In this document: positions 1 to 10,325 of the stretch, piece by piece
Numbering within the stretch: position 1 is the stretch's first letter
How the letters are laid out: every line of letters starts with the position of its first letter
NCBI GenBank assembly: GCA_964386685.1
Contig: CAYLSX010000001.1
Coordinates: 6,417 to 70,416 of the forward strand
Direction of reading: 5' to 3'
DNA length: 64,000 bases
DNA from: an uncultured Woeseiaceae bacterium
GTDB lineage: Bacteria > Pseudomonadota > Gammaproteobacteria > Steroidobacterales > Woeseiaceae
Program-made: the position numbers and the translations under genes
Notes under the pieces: model-generated
Databases searched by the model: none
Told to the model about the DNA's origin: nothing
Seen by the model: only the letters and a program-made list of their open reading frames with translations

Positions 1-221
1 TTACCGTGCACCTGCTTGAGCCAGTTGGGCTCCGAGGGCAGTGAAAGTTGCGATCGGAATCGACGGCGATTCTCGGCCACCTCGGCAGAATCATCGCCGA
101 CTTGGTCGGCCAGATTCAACGCAGCGAATTCGCCGCTGCTCACGCCGCCCGTCCTGAGCGTCGTGCCACCGATTACGTTGTCAGGCGCAGGCCAGTCGGC
201 CGCGATCCACGTTACGCTCAC
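1..221 (-). CDS. pgeF: YfiH/PgeF-family protein, N-terminal fragment running off the window edge
   Basis: Hand translation of the minus strand from GTG at 221 (GTGA overlap with the rluD stop) gives VSVTWIAADWPAPDNVIGGTTLRTGGVSSGEFAALNLADQVGDD..NWLKQVHG. This is the YfiH N-terminal pattern, and rluD-yfiH order matches E. coli. Confidence 0.75.
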   Translation of the reverse strand, partial: MSVTWIAADWPAPDNVIGGTTLRTGGVSSGEFAALNLADQVGDDSAEVAENRRRFRSQLSLPSEPNWLKQVHG

Positions 222-1180
222 TTCGATTTCTGCAGACCTGCATGCTCGCGCAGCGCGTCGAGCAGGTCCTGAAAGTCTGCCGGTGGTGGCGCTTCCAATT
301 CGAGCTGCTCGTTTGTCACGGGATGCAGGAGTTTCAGGCGCGTGGCATGCAGCGCCTGCCGGCGGAATTTTCTAAGCGATTCGATAAGTCTGTCACTGGA
401 CGCGGGCGGCAACGCCATGCGACCGCCATAGACCGGGTCGCCGACAAGCGCGTGGCGCCGGTATGCGAAATGCACACGAATCTGGTGTGTTCGTCCGGAT
501 TCGAGCTCGACACTTATATATGTGTGCGCCTTGAGTCGTTCGAGCACGCGATACCGCGTTACGGCCGGCTTTCCTTTTTCCTGCACACTCATGCGCAATC
601 GATCGACTGGATGGCGGGCGATCGGCGCGTCGATGGTACCGCCACCGGTCAGGACTCCGTTGCAGATGGCGAGATATTGTCGGGAAATTTCCCGCGCCGC
701 CAGCATGCGCACGAGGGACGTATGCGACTGCAATGTCTTGCCGACGAGCAAGAGGCCGCTGGTATCTTTGTCGAGCCGGTGAACGATGCCGGCTCGCGGT
801 AACTCCGCGACGCCAGGCACCCTGTGAAGCAGCCCATTCATCAGCGTGCCACGCAGATTGCCAGCACCCGGGTGAACGACCAGGCCGGCAGGCTTGTTGA
901 CGACCAGCACATCGTCGTCCTCGAAGCGGATGTCGAGCTCCATCGGCTCGGGAGCGCTGACGACGCCCAACTCCTCTGACGGCTGCAAGGCCACGGTCTC
1001 ACCGCCCGACACCGGGTCTCTGGGCCTCATCTCGCTACCGTCGATGGTTACGAAACCCTGCAAAATCCAGCTTTTCAGCCGGCTGCGAGAATATTCCGGA
1101 AACATCATGGCCAGGGCCTGGTCAAAGCGCTTACCGGCTAGCTCATCAGGAACCGTTTTTGTCTGGGAATCTTCCGCCAT
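218..1180 (-). CDS. rluD: 23S rRNA pseudouridine synthase RluD
   Basis: S4 domain followed by the HRLDKDTSGLLL catalytic motif. Divergent from bamD as in E. coli. Start trimmed to MAEDSQTK (320 aa); the ORF track extends to 1276. Confidence 0.9.
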   Translation of the reverse strand: MAEDSQTKTVPDELAGKRFDQALAMMFPEYSRSRLKSWILQGFVTIDGSEMRPRDPVSGGETVALQPSEELGVVSAPEPMELDIRFEDDDVLVVNKPAGLVVHPGAGNLRGTLMNGLLHRVPGVAELPRAGIVHRLDKDTSGLLLVGKTLQSHTSLVRMLAAREISRQYLAICNGVLTGGGTIDAPIARHPVDRLRMSVQEKGKPAVTRYRVLERLKAHTYISVELESGRTHQIRVHFAYRRHALVGDPVYGGRMALPPASSDRLIESLRKFRRQALHATRLKLLHPVTNEQLELEAPPPADFQDLLDALREHAGLQKSK

Positions 1181-1304
1181 GCGGGCGCTCAGGTTTGTTT
1201 GCTGGCAACGGCTAAGTTTACGGTATACTCGCCCGCTTGGCCGATTTCTCACATAGCGAAGCAGGCGGCCAGTCATCTCGTTTTAAAAAGAATCTAGATC
1301 GCAA

Positions 1305-2057
1305 ATGAACAAAGTTTCCAAAACTACCGGGATTCTCGCATCCCTTATCGCCTTTGGCTTGTTCTCCGGCTGTGCCGGCGACCGTGAAGAATACGATGCG
1401 ATACGCGATATCACCGAAGCCTACGAACTCGCGCTGAAAGCGATGAATGGCCAGAATTACCGTAAGGCCATCACCATATTCGAAGCGCTGCAGGCCCGCT
1501 TTCCATTCAGCGAATTTGCCAAGCAGATTCAACTCGAGCTGATGTACTGCTACTACAAGATCGACCGGCAGGATGAAGCCATCAGCGCTGCAGATCAGTT
1601 CTTGCGTGAAAATCCGACGCATGCCAGAGTCGATTACGCGCTCTACATCAAAGCGCTGACCTATTTCGAAAGAGACCCCAATTTTCTCGAGCGCTGGTTC
1701 AGACGAGATCTTGACGCCCGACCACCGCGCGATGGCGAATTGGCGTTCTCCTTATTAAAACGCCTTGTCGAAAGATATCCTGCAAGCCCGTATGCCGAGG
1801 ACGCACAACAGCGTCTCGTCTATCTGAAGAATCGCCTTGCCGCGTACGAGAACTATGTTGCGCGTTTCTATCTCGAGCGTGGTGTTTATGTAGCGGCGCT
1901 GAATCGCGCCAAGGGAGCGATTGAATTATACAACGGTGCGGATAGCGGCCGGGAGTCGCTCGACATAATGGCATCGGCCTACGAAGGCCTCGGCATGACG
2001 AATCTGGCCACAGACACGCGACGCGTGTTGCACGCAAACTTTCCGAACGAAGGCTAA
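1305..2057 (+). CDS. bamD: outer membrane protein assembly factor BamD (ComL/YfiO lipoprotein)
   Basis: Lipoprotein signal ending LFSGC, TPR-like repeats, and conserved position opposite rluD. Confidence 0.9.
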   Translation: MNKVSKTTGILASLIAFGLFSGCAGDREEYDAIRDITEAYELALKAMNGQNYRKAITIFEALQARFPFSEFAKQIQLELMYCYYKIDRQDEAISAADQFLRENPTHARVDYALYIKALTYFERDPNFLERWFRRDLDARPPRDGELAFSLLKRLVERYPASPYAEDAQQRLVYLKNRLAAYENYVARFYLERGVYVAALNRAKGAIELYNGADSGRESLDIMASAYEGLGMTNLATDTRRVLHANFPNEG

Positions 2058-3700
2058 CCGGGAAACTGGTATCCGGAAGTGATCGGATAGCGCCAATCCC
2101 GCCCGAAGGCGCGACTACTGATTCGAATTCCAGGCGGTGCCTGCCTGCGTTTGTATTCGTTACGTTTGACCAGTTCCAGGATGCGAATGACAACATCCTT
2201 TTCGAAGCCGAGAGCGGCGATTTCCTCGACGGACAGGTCTTCTTCGATAAATGCCTCGAGGATCGGGTCGAGAACGTCGTATTCGGGCAGGGAATCGCTG
2301 TCCTTCTGATTGGCTCTCAGTTCCGCCGACGGTGGCCTGGTCAGTACTCGTTCGGGAATCACCTGGCCGACTGAATTGCGATATCTGGCCAGGCGATACA
2401 CCAACGATTTGCTGCAATCCTTTATCGGCGCAAAACCGCCCGCCATGTCGCCATACAAGGTCGCATAGCCCACCGCCATCTCACTTTTGTTTCCCGTCGT
2501 CAGCAACATTCGGCCTGTCTTGTTCGAAATCGCCATCAACAACATGCCCCGGCATCTCGCCTGTATGTTTTCTTCTGTCGCGTCTTCGGCCAGCCCCTTG
2601 AAGACATCGGCCAGTTGTTTCCTGGTGGCCTCGACCATTGGCTCGATCGGAATGACGTCGTAGTGAACGCCGAGTCCGCTGGCTACCGCGGCCGCGTCCT
2701 CCTGACTCATCGTGGATGTAAACCGGTACGGCATCATGACCGCGGCAACGCGCTCCGAGCCGATCGCATCACAGGCGATCGCAAGGATCAGCGCAGAATC
2801 GACACCACCGGACAAACCGAGAATGACGCCGGGAAAGCCGTTTTTTTCCACGTAATCCCGGGTACCCGTCACCAGTGCCTCGTACACGCTTTGTTCCGTC
2901 GGCAAGATTGCTGCCACCGCGCCGGCTTGCGGCACCGCGCCCGATGACGTCGCGGTCATGACGACGCTGTGCAGTCCCTCAATGAATGGATCTGCCCGAA
3001 ACGCGATCTCGCCATCCGCGTCCATGGCAAACGATCCGCCGTCGAATACAAGTTCGTCCTGGCCACCAACCATGTTCAGATAAACGACCGGAATCCTGAT
3101 CTCCTGCACCCGGTCGTGTACCACGGTTTCGCGTTTCAGCTGACTGTCCAGTTCGTAGGGCGAACCGTTGATAACCACAATGAATTCCGCACCTGCAGCC
3201 TTCGCGGCGGCGGCTGGTTCCGGCCGCCAGACGTCCTCACAAATATTGAGGCCGATGCGAACGCCATTCAGGGAAAACACGGCCGCGTCATGGCCTGCCT
3301 TGAAATATCGCTCTTCGTCAAATACGCGGTAGTTCGGCAGCAGGCGTTTCTTGTAATGGGCAAGAATCTCGCCATCCTGAAAAACAGCACAGCTGTTGCA
3401 GATGTGGTCGTTGGAATATTCCGGGAAGCCGACGAGCATCGCGATTCCCTTGACGGAACTGCATATCTCCTCCAGTGCTTCGTCGACTCGGCGTTGCAGG
3501 CCGGAATGAAACAACAGGTCTTCCGGTGGATAGCCGCTTACGGCGAGTTCAGGAAAGACGATGAGGTCGGCCTGCAGCTCATCACGTGCGCGCGTCGCAT
3601 AGTCCACAATCTTGCGGGTATTTCCTGCGACGTCGCCGACGAAAAGGTCGATTTGGGCCAGCGCGATGTTGACGGAGTTTTTCATTGCAGTGTCAGGCAA
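2054..3700 (-). CDS. nadE: glutamine-dependent NAD+ synthetase
   Basis: 548 aa. N-terminal carbon-nitrogen hydrolase domain (FPELAVSGYPPEDL) plus a C-terminal NAD synthase domain with the SGGVDS PP-loop. Confidence 0.9.
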   Translation of the reverse strand: MPDTAMKNSVNIALAQIDLFVGDVAGNTRKIVDYATRARDELQADLIVFPELAVSGYPPEDLLFHSGLQRRVDEALEEICSSVKGIAMLVGFPEYSNDHICNSCAVFQDGEILAHYKKRLLPNYRVFDEERYFKAGHDAAVFSLNGVRIGLNICEDVWRPEPAAAAKAAGAEFIVVINGSPYELDSQLKRETVVHDRVQEIRIPVVYLNMVGGQDELVFDGGSFAMDADGEIAFRADPFIEGLHSVVMTATSSGAVPQAGAVAAILPTEQSVYEALVTGTRDYVEKNGFPGVILGLSGGVDSALILAIACDAIGSERVAAVMMPYRFTSTMSQEDAAAVASGLGVHYDVIPIEPMVEATRKQLADVFKGLAEDATEENIQARCRGMLLMAISNKTGRMLLTTGNKSEMAVGYATLYGDMAGGFAPIKDCSKSLVYRLARYRNSVGQVIPERVLTRPPSAELRANQKDSDSLPEYDVLDPILEAFIEEDLSVEEIAALGFEKDVVIRILELVKRNEYKRRQAPPGIRISSRAFGRDWRYPITSGYQFPG

Positions 3701-3733
3701 TGTATCGGGAATCAGCCGCGACTCAGATTTCCG

Positions 3734-4606
3734 TCAGTTGCCGAGTAGTTCCAGCATTGTACTGCCAAGCTCGGCCGGTGAGCGGACGGTCGTCGCGCCG
3801 GCCGCATCGAGCGCTTTGAACTTGTCAGCGGCTGTTCCCTTGCCGCCGGCAATAATCGCGCCCGCATGTCCCATGCGCTTGCCGGGCGGTGCCGTCACGC
3901 CAGCAATATACGCGACGACCGGCTTGGAAAATTCGGATTTCATGTACTCTGCCGCTGCCTCCTCGTCCGTACCGCCGATTTCGCCCACCATGATTACGCC
4001 TTTGGTCTCTGCATCTGCCTCAAAGAGCGCGAGGCAGTCGATAAAATCCATACCGCGGATCGGGTCGCCGCCAATGCCTATGCAAGTACTCTGGCCGAGG
4101 CCATTCTGAGTCGTCTGATAGACCGCCTCATACGTCAATGTGCCAGATCGGGAAACGACGCCGACTTTGCCCTTCTTGTGAATGAAACCGGGCATGATGC
4201 CGATCTTGCATTCGTCCGACGTCATGATTCCCGGGCAGTTCGGGCCGATCAGACGGCTGTCTGCTGACTCTAGTGCCGACTTCACCTTGACCATGTCGAG
4301 TACGGGAATGCCTTCGGTAATGCAGACGATTAATCCGACCTGCGCTTCAGCCGCTTCGACTATCGCACTCGCCGCGAACGGGGCAGGCACATAAATCATG
4401 CTGACGTCGGCGCCGGTCTCGGCGACCGCTTCTTTCATCGTATTGAATACCGGCACGCCCAGATGCTCCTGGCCACCGCGCCCAGGAGTCACGCCGGCAA
4501 CCACCTTGGTGCCGTACGCCATGCATTGCTCGGAATGAAAAGAGCCTTGCTTGCCGGTGATTCCCTGACAGATAACCTTGCTATCTTTGTCGACGAGCAC
4601 ACTCAT
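3734..4606 (-). CDS. sucD: succinyl-CoA ligase subunit alpha
   Basis: [25 protein letters not shown]-terminus, and the phosphohistidine region GHAGAII. Confidence 0.95.
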   Translation of the reverse strand: MSVLVDKDSKVICQGITGKQGSFHSEQCMAYGTKVVAGVTPGRGGQEHLGVPVFNTMKEAVAETGADVSMIYVPAPFAASAIVEAAEAQVGLIVCITEGIPVLDMVKVKSALESADSRLIGPNCPGIMTSDECKIGIMPGFIHKKGKVGVVSRSGTLTYEAVYQTTQNGLGQSTCIGIGGDPIRGMDFIDCLALFEADAETKGVIMVGEIGGTDEEAAAEYMKSEFSKPVVAYIAGVTAPPGKRMGHAGAIIAGGKGTAADKFKALDAAGATTVRSPAELGSTMLELLGN

Positions 4607-5763
4607 GCTGTCGCCGCGACTGCTTTTTCTGCCGCGTCCGTGAGGTCGTCAGCGGCAATGATGTCCAGGCCGCTGGACGCGAGCAGTTGTCGGCCCCTGA
4701 TGACGTTCGTGCCTTCAAGGCGCACGATGACGGGTATGCTGACACCGACCTCTTTGACCGCGCTGATGATGCCCTCAGCAATCAGGTCGCAGCGCACGAT
4801 TCCACCAAATATGTTGACGAGAATCGCGGCAACATTGTCGTTGGAAAGTATTAGTTTGAATGCTTCGGCAACCCGATCACTCGTGGCACCACCACCGACA
4901 TCGAGAAAATTGGCGGGTTCGCCACCATGAAGCTTGATCAGATCCATGGTTGCCATGGCCAGGCCAGCGCCATTGACCATGCATGCAATATCCCCGTTGA
5001 GTGACACATAGCTGAGATCATGTTCGGCCGCCTCGCGCTCCATATCGTCTTCCTGAGACAAATCACGCAATTCGACAAGGCGCTCCTGTCGAAACAGGCT
5101 GTTGTCTTCGATGTTGATCTTGGCATCCAGCGAAAGCACATCGCCGTCTTCGGTAATGATTAGTGGATTCACCTCAACGAGGCTTGCATCACATTCGATG
5201 AAGAGTTTGTATAGCCGGGTTACGAGTTCGCCAAATTGGGCATTCTGGCTCTCATTGAGGCCTAAACCGGCTGAGAGCTCGGCGATCTGAGTGTCCTGAA
5301 CGCCCGCCAGCGGCTCGATGGCGACGGTCACGATCTGTTCGGGTGTCTCGGCGGCAACCTGTTCGATGTCCATACCACCTGCGGCAGAGGCGATGAATGT
5401 CACCTGGTCGAGTTCGCGATCCACGAGGACGCTCAAATAGAGCTCCCGAGCGATTTTCGACCCCTCCTCGACGTAAACCACGTTCACCGGCAAGCCGTGC
5501 GGGCCCGACTGATAGGTTGCAAGCCGCTGCCCGAGCATTTGCGCCGCGAACTGCCCGGCCTCTTGGGCCGATCGGGTCAGCTTTACGCCGCCAGCCTTGC
5601 CCCTTCCCCCGGCATGAATCTGGGCTTTCACGACCCAGAGTTCGCCGCCGAGTTCGCGGGCGGCATTCTCTGCCTCTTCCGCAGTCGTTGCAGCAATACC
5701 GCGTGGCACCGGGATTCCGAATTCCGCAAACAGCTCCTTCGATTGGTATTCGTGGAGGTTCAT
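4603..5763 (-). CDS. sucC: succinyl-CoA ligase subunit beta
   Basis: [20 protein letters not shown] canonical N-terminus. 4-nt overlap with sucD. The 30-aa upstream extension in the ORF track was trimmed. Confidence 0.95.
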   Translation of the reverse strand: MNLHEYQSKELFAEFGIPVPRGIAATTAEEAENAARELGGELWVVKAQIHAGGRGKAGGVKLTRSAQEAGQFAAQMLGQRLATYQSGPHGLPVNVVYVEEGSKIARELYLSVLVDRELDQVTFIASAAGGMDIEQVAAETPEQIVTVAIEPLAGVQDTQIAELSAGLGLNESQNAQFGELVTRLYKLFIECDASLVEVNPLIITEDGDVLSLDAKINIEDNSLFRQERLVELRDLSQEDDMEREAAEHDLSYVSLNGDIACMVNGAGLAMATMDLIKLHGGEPANFLDVGGGATSDRVAEAFKLILSNDNVAAILVNIFGGIVRCDLIAEGIISAVKEVGVSIPVIVRLEGTNVIRGRQLLASSGLDIIAADDLTDAAEKAVAATA

Positions 5764-5920
5764 TCTTCTGCTTCTTGTTCCTTCTTGGCGAGCGGCGAAA
5801 AATCCGCCGTATTTTGTAGGAAAGCCCTCGCATACGCAAAAAAATGGCGCCATAGGCTTTTTTATTTTCTGATTCCACTACAATCGGCACGTCCACCGAG
5901 ACGAGTGCTCAGCATATTTG

Positions 5921-7594
5921 ATGGAACAGGATGTTACGGCAATTGAGGGAACACCACCGGGTATAGCCCGCGAGCATCGCCCTGCCGAAGAACCGGACCT
6001 GACCTGGCGGGTACTCGGCACCCTCAACGTTTTTCGCCTGCTGGTCGCTGTCATGCTGCTCGGGCTCTTCTTCGCCAGCGGCGATCCAAGATTCTTCGGC
6101 GATCGTTACCCGGCATTATTTTCGGCGACCGCCGCCGGCTATCTCGTTTTTTCCGTGGTTTCGGGGCTGGCGCTTCGCCAGCGCTGGGTCTCGGCGGGCC
6201 TGCAGGCGCTTGCTCAGATCACGGCGGATATTGCGGCGATCGTCATTCTTATGCATGCAAGCGGCGGTATCACCAGTGGCCTCGGTGGCTTGCTGGTGGT
6301 CTTTCTCGGCGCCGGCAGCCTGGTTCTGCCATTGCAGGCACCGGTGATTTTCGCCGCGCTCGCTGCGCTGGCAGTACTCGGCGAGCAATTTTTTTCGCAG
6401 CTTGGCGGCGTCAGCGATGCTGGAAACTACTCCGCAGCCGGAATCCTCGGGGCAATCATATTCGCGATCTCGATGGCCGTGCGTCCACTCGCCAGGCGCA
6501 TTCAGATCAGCGAGGCCCTGGCCCGACAGCGCGGCGTCGATCTGGCCAATCTCTCGGAACTGAATGAATACATCGTGCAGCACCTGCGTGAAAGCATCGT
6601 CGTGGTAGATGCCGACAACAAAATTCGACTGATGAACGGGTCGGCAGCGCAACTACTTGGCGCTCCGGAGCCCAGTCACGGCCAGCCCTTGTCCAGGGCC
6701 TCCGAGGATCTGAACGACTATCTGAACAATTGGCGCGCAGATCCCGCGATCAAGTCACACACCGAATTCACGATGATCGCCGATGACAACAGCGCAAGAC
6801 TGGCGGCGCATATTGCGTTGCTCGGCAAAGGCGATGGCCGCCAGGGGCCCGTGCTGATATTCGTAGAGGATTCCAGCATCATGAATGCACGCGTCCAGCA
6901 GTCGAAGCTTGCCTCGCTCGGCCGCCTGAGCGCCAGTATTGCGCACGAGATCCGTAATCCGGTGGGCGCGATGAGTCATGCCGGCCAGTTGCTGGCGGAA
7001 TCGGCGCAGCTGTCCGATGACGAGAAGCGCCTGACCGAAATCATCCGCACACATTCCGAACGTGTCAGCCACATCATCGACAACGTGTTGCAGTTGTCAC
7101 GCCGCGAGTCGAGCCGCCCGGAGCGCTTCCAGCTCGAACCCTGGCTCGAGGACTTCGCACAGGAATTCAGCCGAACGCTGGAGCTCCAGGAAGGTGAGCT
7201 GGCCGCGGCCAGCGTCGAGCAAGGACTGGAGGTAAGAATGGATCCGAGCCACCTTCGCCAGGTCCTCTGGAATCTTTGCGACAATGCCGTCAAGTACGCC
7301 AGTGAGACCGGTGGCATCCTCGTCGAATTACATGCCGGCCGAATACAGCGGACCGGACAACCGTTTCTCGAAGTCCTTGACCAGGGTCACGGCGTCGACC
7401 CCACCACAGTCGATAAGATCTTCGAGCCGTTTTACACTGACCGAAGCGGCGGTACCGGGCTTGGGCTCTATATTTCGCGCGAATTGTGCGAACTCAACCG
7501 GGCGACCCTCGTGTACCAGGACAGAGAACAGGGCGGCAGTATATTCAGGGTCGTCTTTGCCGATCCGGATCGCTGGGAATCACTGGACAGTTGA
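5921..7594 (+). CDS. pilS: type IV pilus sensor histidine kinase PilS
   Basis: Multi-TM N-terminus, H-box SIAHEIRNP, and an ATPase domain with the GTGLGL G-box. Directly upstream of pilR. Start uncertain: TTG at 5918 or ATG at 5921. Confidence 0.8.
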   Translation: MEQDVTAIEGTPPGIAREHRPAEEPDLTWRVLGTLNVFRLLVAVMLLGLFFASGDPRFFGDRYPALFSATAAGYLVFSVVSGLALRQRWVSAGLQALAQITADIAAIVILMHASGGITSGLGGLLVVFLGAGSLVLPLQAPVIFAALAALAVLGEQFFSQLGGVSDAGNYSAAGILGAIIFAISMAVRPLARRIQISEALARQRGVDLANLSELNEYIVQHLRESIVVVDADNKIRLMNGSAAQLLGAPEPSHGQPLSRASEDLNDYLNNWRADPAIKSHTEFTMIADDNSARLAAHIALLGKGDGRQGPVLIFVEDSSIMNARVQQSKLASLGRLSASIAHEIRNPVGAMSHAGQLLAESAQLSDDEKRLTEIIRTHSERVSHIIDNVLQLSRRESSRPERFQLEPWLEDFAQEFSRTLELQEGELAAASVEQGLEVRMDPSHLRQVLWNLCDNAVKYASETGGILVELHAGRIQRTGQPFLEVLDQGHGVDPTTVDKIFEPFYTDRSGGTGLGLYISRELCELNRATLVYQDREQGGSIFRVVFADPDRWESLDS

Positions 7595-8916
7595 TGAACA
7601 AACCCTTGGCACTTGTGATTGATGATGAGCCGGACATCTGTGAGCTCCTTGATCTCACGCTGGGCCGTATGGACATCAGCACCGAGACGGCGAATGATGT
7701 GAAGTCGGCCAAGGAAATGTTCGCGAACCACAAATTCGACATCTGCTTGACAGACATGCGCCTGCCCGATGGTGACGGTCTCGAACTCGTCGAATGGATG
7801 CAGAGCAACGCAAGCGGCGTTCCGGTCGCGGTTATCACGGCCCACGGCAATGTCGAGACGGCCGTGCAGGCTCTCAAGCTGGGTGCCTTCGATTTCATTT
7901 CGAAGCCGCTTGATCTGCAAAATCTCAGAAACATCGTAAGGAGCGCATTGAAGCTCGGGGAAGCGCGCCCGGCAGCAGAATCGCGACTGCAGGGCGAATC
8001 CCCGGCGATGAGCCAGCTGCGCGAAATGGTGGACAAAGTCGCGCGCAGTCAGGCGCCGGTTCACATCTCGGGGGAATCCGGCACGGGCAAGGAGCTCGTG
8101 GCCCGGCTGATTCACGACAGCGGGCCGCGAAAGGATGGGCCATTCGTTCCCGTGAACTGCGGCGCGATACCGTCAGAGCTGATGGAAAGCGAGTTTTTCG
8201 GCCATCGCAAGGGATCCTTCACCGGCGCCGTCAGCGACAAAACCGGCCTGCTGCACAGCGCCGCTAACGGCACCCTTTTCCTCGATGAAATTGCCGACCT
8301 GCCGCTCGCGATGCAGGTCAAACTACTTCGCGTTATTCAGGAAAAGACCGTTCGGCCAGTCGGCGCATCGGCGGAGGAGTCGATCGATGCCCGATTCCTC
8401 TCGGCGACACACAAGAACCTCGCCGAAATGGTCGCCAACGGGGATTTTCGTGAGGATCTCTATTACCGCATCAATGTGATCGAACTGCACGTGCCGGCCC
8501 TGCGCGAACGCGGCAGCGACATTTTGCAGCTGGCTTCACACATTCTTGCCAGACTGGGGTCGGCAGACTTGCGGCTGGACGAGGCTGCCGAAGTGGCACT
8601 CATGCAGTATCCATTTCCGGGCAACGTCCGCGAACTCGAAAATATGCTCGAACGGGCCGTGACGCTTTGTACTTCCGGCACGATCAGTGAATCCGACTTG
8701 CACCTCCGGCCCGTGAAGTCGGAGCAATCGGAAGACACGGAGCAGCTGCATGTGGCGACGGGTACCGACCTGGGGGACCACATCGAAGATGTGCAGCGAC
8801 AGGCAATCGTCGATGCCCTGCAGAAGACCCGATACAACAAGACTGCCGCTGCGAAACTGCTCGGCCTGACTTTCCGGCAACTTCGCTACCGCATCAAGAA
8901 ACTCGGCATCGAATAA
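7594..8916 (+). CDS. pilR: sigma-54-dependent response regulator PilR
   Basis: Receiver domain (LVIDDEPD..DMRLPDGDG), AAA+ domain with GESGTGKE and the GAFTGA-like GSFTGA loop, and a C-terminal Fis-type HTH. Its ATG overlaps the pilS stop by 1 nt. Confidence 0.9.
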   Translation: MNKPLALVIDDEPDICELLDLTLGRMDISTETANDVKSAKEMFANHKFDICLTDMRLPDGDGLELVEWMQSNASGVPVAVITAHGNVETAVQALKLGAFDFISKPLDLQNLRNIVRSALKLGEARPAAESRLQGESPAMSQLREMVDKVARSQAPVHISGESGTGKELVARLIHDSGPRKDGPFVPVNCGAIPSELMESEFFGHRKGSFTGAVSDKTGLLHSAANGTLFLDEIADLPLAMQVKLLRVIQEKTVRPVGASAEESIDARFLSATHKNLAEMVANGDFREDLYYRINVIELHVPALRERGSDILQLASHILARLGSADLRLDEAAEVALMQYPFPGNVRELENMLERAVTLCTSGTISESDLHLRPVKSEQSEDTEQLHVATGTDLGDHIEDVQRQAIVDALQKTRYNKTAAAKLLGLTFRQLRYRIKKLGIE

Positions 8917-8964
8917 TCGGGCCGGCGATTCTCCATAATCACAGTCTTGATTCGGCGACTACGG

Positions 8965-8992
8965 TGACAATTTTTGTCAGCAAGCGACAAAG
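8965..8992. promoter_or_regulatory. candidate PilR upstream activator site (TGTC/GACA motifs)
   Basis: Perfect inverted repeat TGACAA-ttt-TTGTCA at 8965-8979, followed by GCGACAA at 8984-8990. Located about 120-135 bp upstream of the sigma-54 promoter. P. aeruginosa PilR sites are TGTC-containing repeats. Confidence 0.45.
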
Positions 8993-9098
8993 TTTGCCAG
9001 GAAATGCCCATAAACACTGATGGTTCTAGCAGGCGCCCCCGCAGGCCCGACGAAACAATTCTTTATTTAATAATAACTTATGGATTTATCTTCGATTC

Positions 9099-9114
9099 TG
9101 GCACGGGGATTGCT
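9099..9114 (+). promoter_or_regulatory. sigma-54 (RpoN) promoter of pilA
   Basis: TGGCAC-gggga-TTGCT matches the -24/-12 consensus TGGCAC-N5-TTGCW. It lies about 70 nt upstream of the pilA ATG. Confidence 0.8.
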
Positions 9115-9184
9115 TTATTCATGGTACAGGCGGAAACGCCGTCTATTTATTGAAAGCACTCTCGTACTGTTAGGAGATACAGAA

Positions 9185-9616
9185 ATGAAGAAGGTTCAAC
9201 AAGGTTTTACGCTTATCGAACTGATGATCGTTGTTGCCATTATTGGTATTTTGGCTGCGATCGCCATCCCCGCTTACCAGGATTACACGATTCGCGCTCA
9301 GGTTTCTGAGGGCTTGAATCTGTCTGGTGGCGCTAAAGCTGCTGTCACGGAGTTCTATCAGGACCGCGGTGTGTGGCCGACCGACAATACTGAAGCTGGC
9401 CTCGAAACTGCCGCTAACATCATGGGTAAGTATGTTGGCAACGTCGCAGCAGTAGCCAACCAAATTACGGTTACATACGGCAACGACGCGCACGCACTTA
9501 TTAATGGCCAGAATATTACGCTGACAGCTACTGATAACCTCGGCAGCGTAAGCTGGGCTTGCCTCAGCGGTGGTGTTATTGCTGACAAGCATGTGCCGGC
9601 TGCTTGCCGACCGTAA
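9185..9616 (+). CDS. pilA: type IVa major pilin
   Basis: MKKVQQG|[27 protein letters not shown] prepilin leader and N-methyl-Phe helix. C-terminal disulfide loop C..C-RP. AGGAGA RBS. The ORF-track start at 9080 was rejected. Confidence 0.92.
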   Translation: MKKVQQGFTLIELMIVVAIIGILAAIAIPAYQDYTIRAQVSEGLNLSGGAKAAVTEFYQDRGVWPTDNTEAGLETAANIMGKYVGNVAAVANQITVTYGNDAHALINGQNITLTATDNLGSVSWACLSGGVIADKHVPAACRP

Positions 9617-9656
9617 GTTATTTTTACGCAGCCTTAAAGTCTGAGTTTAGGACGAC

Positions 9657-9684
9657 AAAGCCCCGGTTCTGCCGGGGTTTTTTT
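9657..9684 (+). terminator. rho-independent terminator after pilA
   Basis: CCCCGG-ttctg-CCGGGG hairpin followed by TTTTTTT. Confidence 0.8.
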
Positions 9685-9827
9685 GCAAAATCTGTAGATC
9701 GTTGAGCGTTGCGCCACACTTTGCCGGATGACGCAGGGCCAAGAAACCGTGCGACAATACACGATAGGCTCAGAGGCACTATGATTCCCGACCTGCGACT
9801 GTAAAGCAGGACTAACAGGCGATTAGG

Positions 9828-10325
9828 ATGTATCCACGCAATAACGGATTTACACTGATCGAACTGATAATTGTGATTGCGATCATCGGCATCCTGGCGT
9901 CTCTGGCGGTGGCCGCATACCAGACCTATACGGTACGAGCCCAGGTCGCCGAGGCGCTCAATTTTGCGGCCGGCGCCAAGGTGCCGATCGTCGATGCCTT
10001 CAACATGGGCGGCATTCCGCCAGCAGACCGCGCTGCAGCTGGCATGACCCCGGTGCCGACCGACACCCAGGGCAACTACGTCAGCCAGGTGTCGGTCGTC
10101 AACGGCCGTCTCGACATGACTTTCGGAAACAACGTCCACCAGGGCATCTTTGGCGACACCTTGTCGGTGACGCCTTACCAGACGGCCGGCGGAACTATCA
10201 TCTGGCGCTGCGGCGCTGCACCAGTCCCGACCAATAGCACCGAAATGAACGGTGGCGGTATCGCGGCGGTTCATTTGGCGCCAACTGTCGAGCTTCGCTA
10301 TTTGCCCGGCACGTGCCGCCCCTAG
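9828..10325 (+). CDS. second type IVa pilin paralog
   Basis: MYPRNNG|FTLIELIIVIAIIGILASLAVAAYQTY leader and helix. Divergent globular domain with a long C-terminal Cys..Cys loop that also ends CRP. Confidence 0.88.
   Translation: MYPRNNGFTLIELIIVIAIIGILASLAVAAYQTYTVRAQVAEALNFAAGAKVPIVDAFNMGGIPPADRAAAGMTPVPTDTQGNYVSQVSVVNGRLDMTFGNNVHQGIFGDTLSVTPYQTAGGTIIWRCGAAPVPTNSTEMNGGGIAAVHLAPTVELRYLPGTCRP

Noticed and set aside
5252-5896. A 214-aa minus-strand ORF overlapping the sucC 5' half and the sucC-pilS spacer
   Set aside because: It is an alternative frame of sucC with an extreme Arg/Gly/Pro-rich translation. sucC homology is unambiguous.
9774-9789. A possible sigma-54 promoter upstream of the second pilin (AGGCAC-N4/5-TTCC)
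   Set aside because: The -24 element lacks the leading TGG context, and the -12 element is TTCC or TCCC instead of TTGC. This is too degenerate to call, so it is mentioned only as a caveat in the pilin finding.
9624-10274. A 216-aa minus-strand ORF across the second pilin gene and its upstream spacer
   Set aside because: It is antisense to a pilin gene with a textbook prepilin leader. The product has no motif and an atypical composition.
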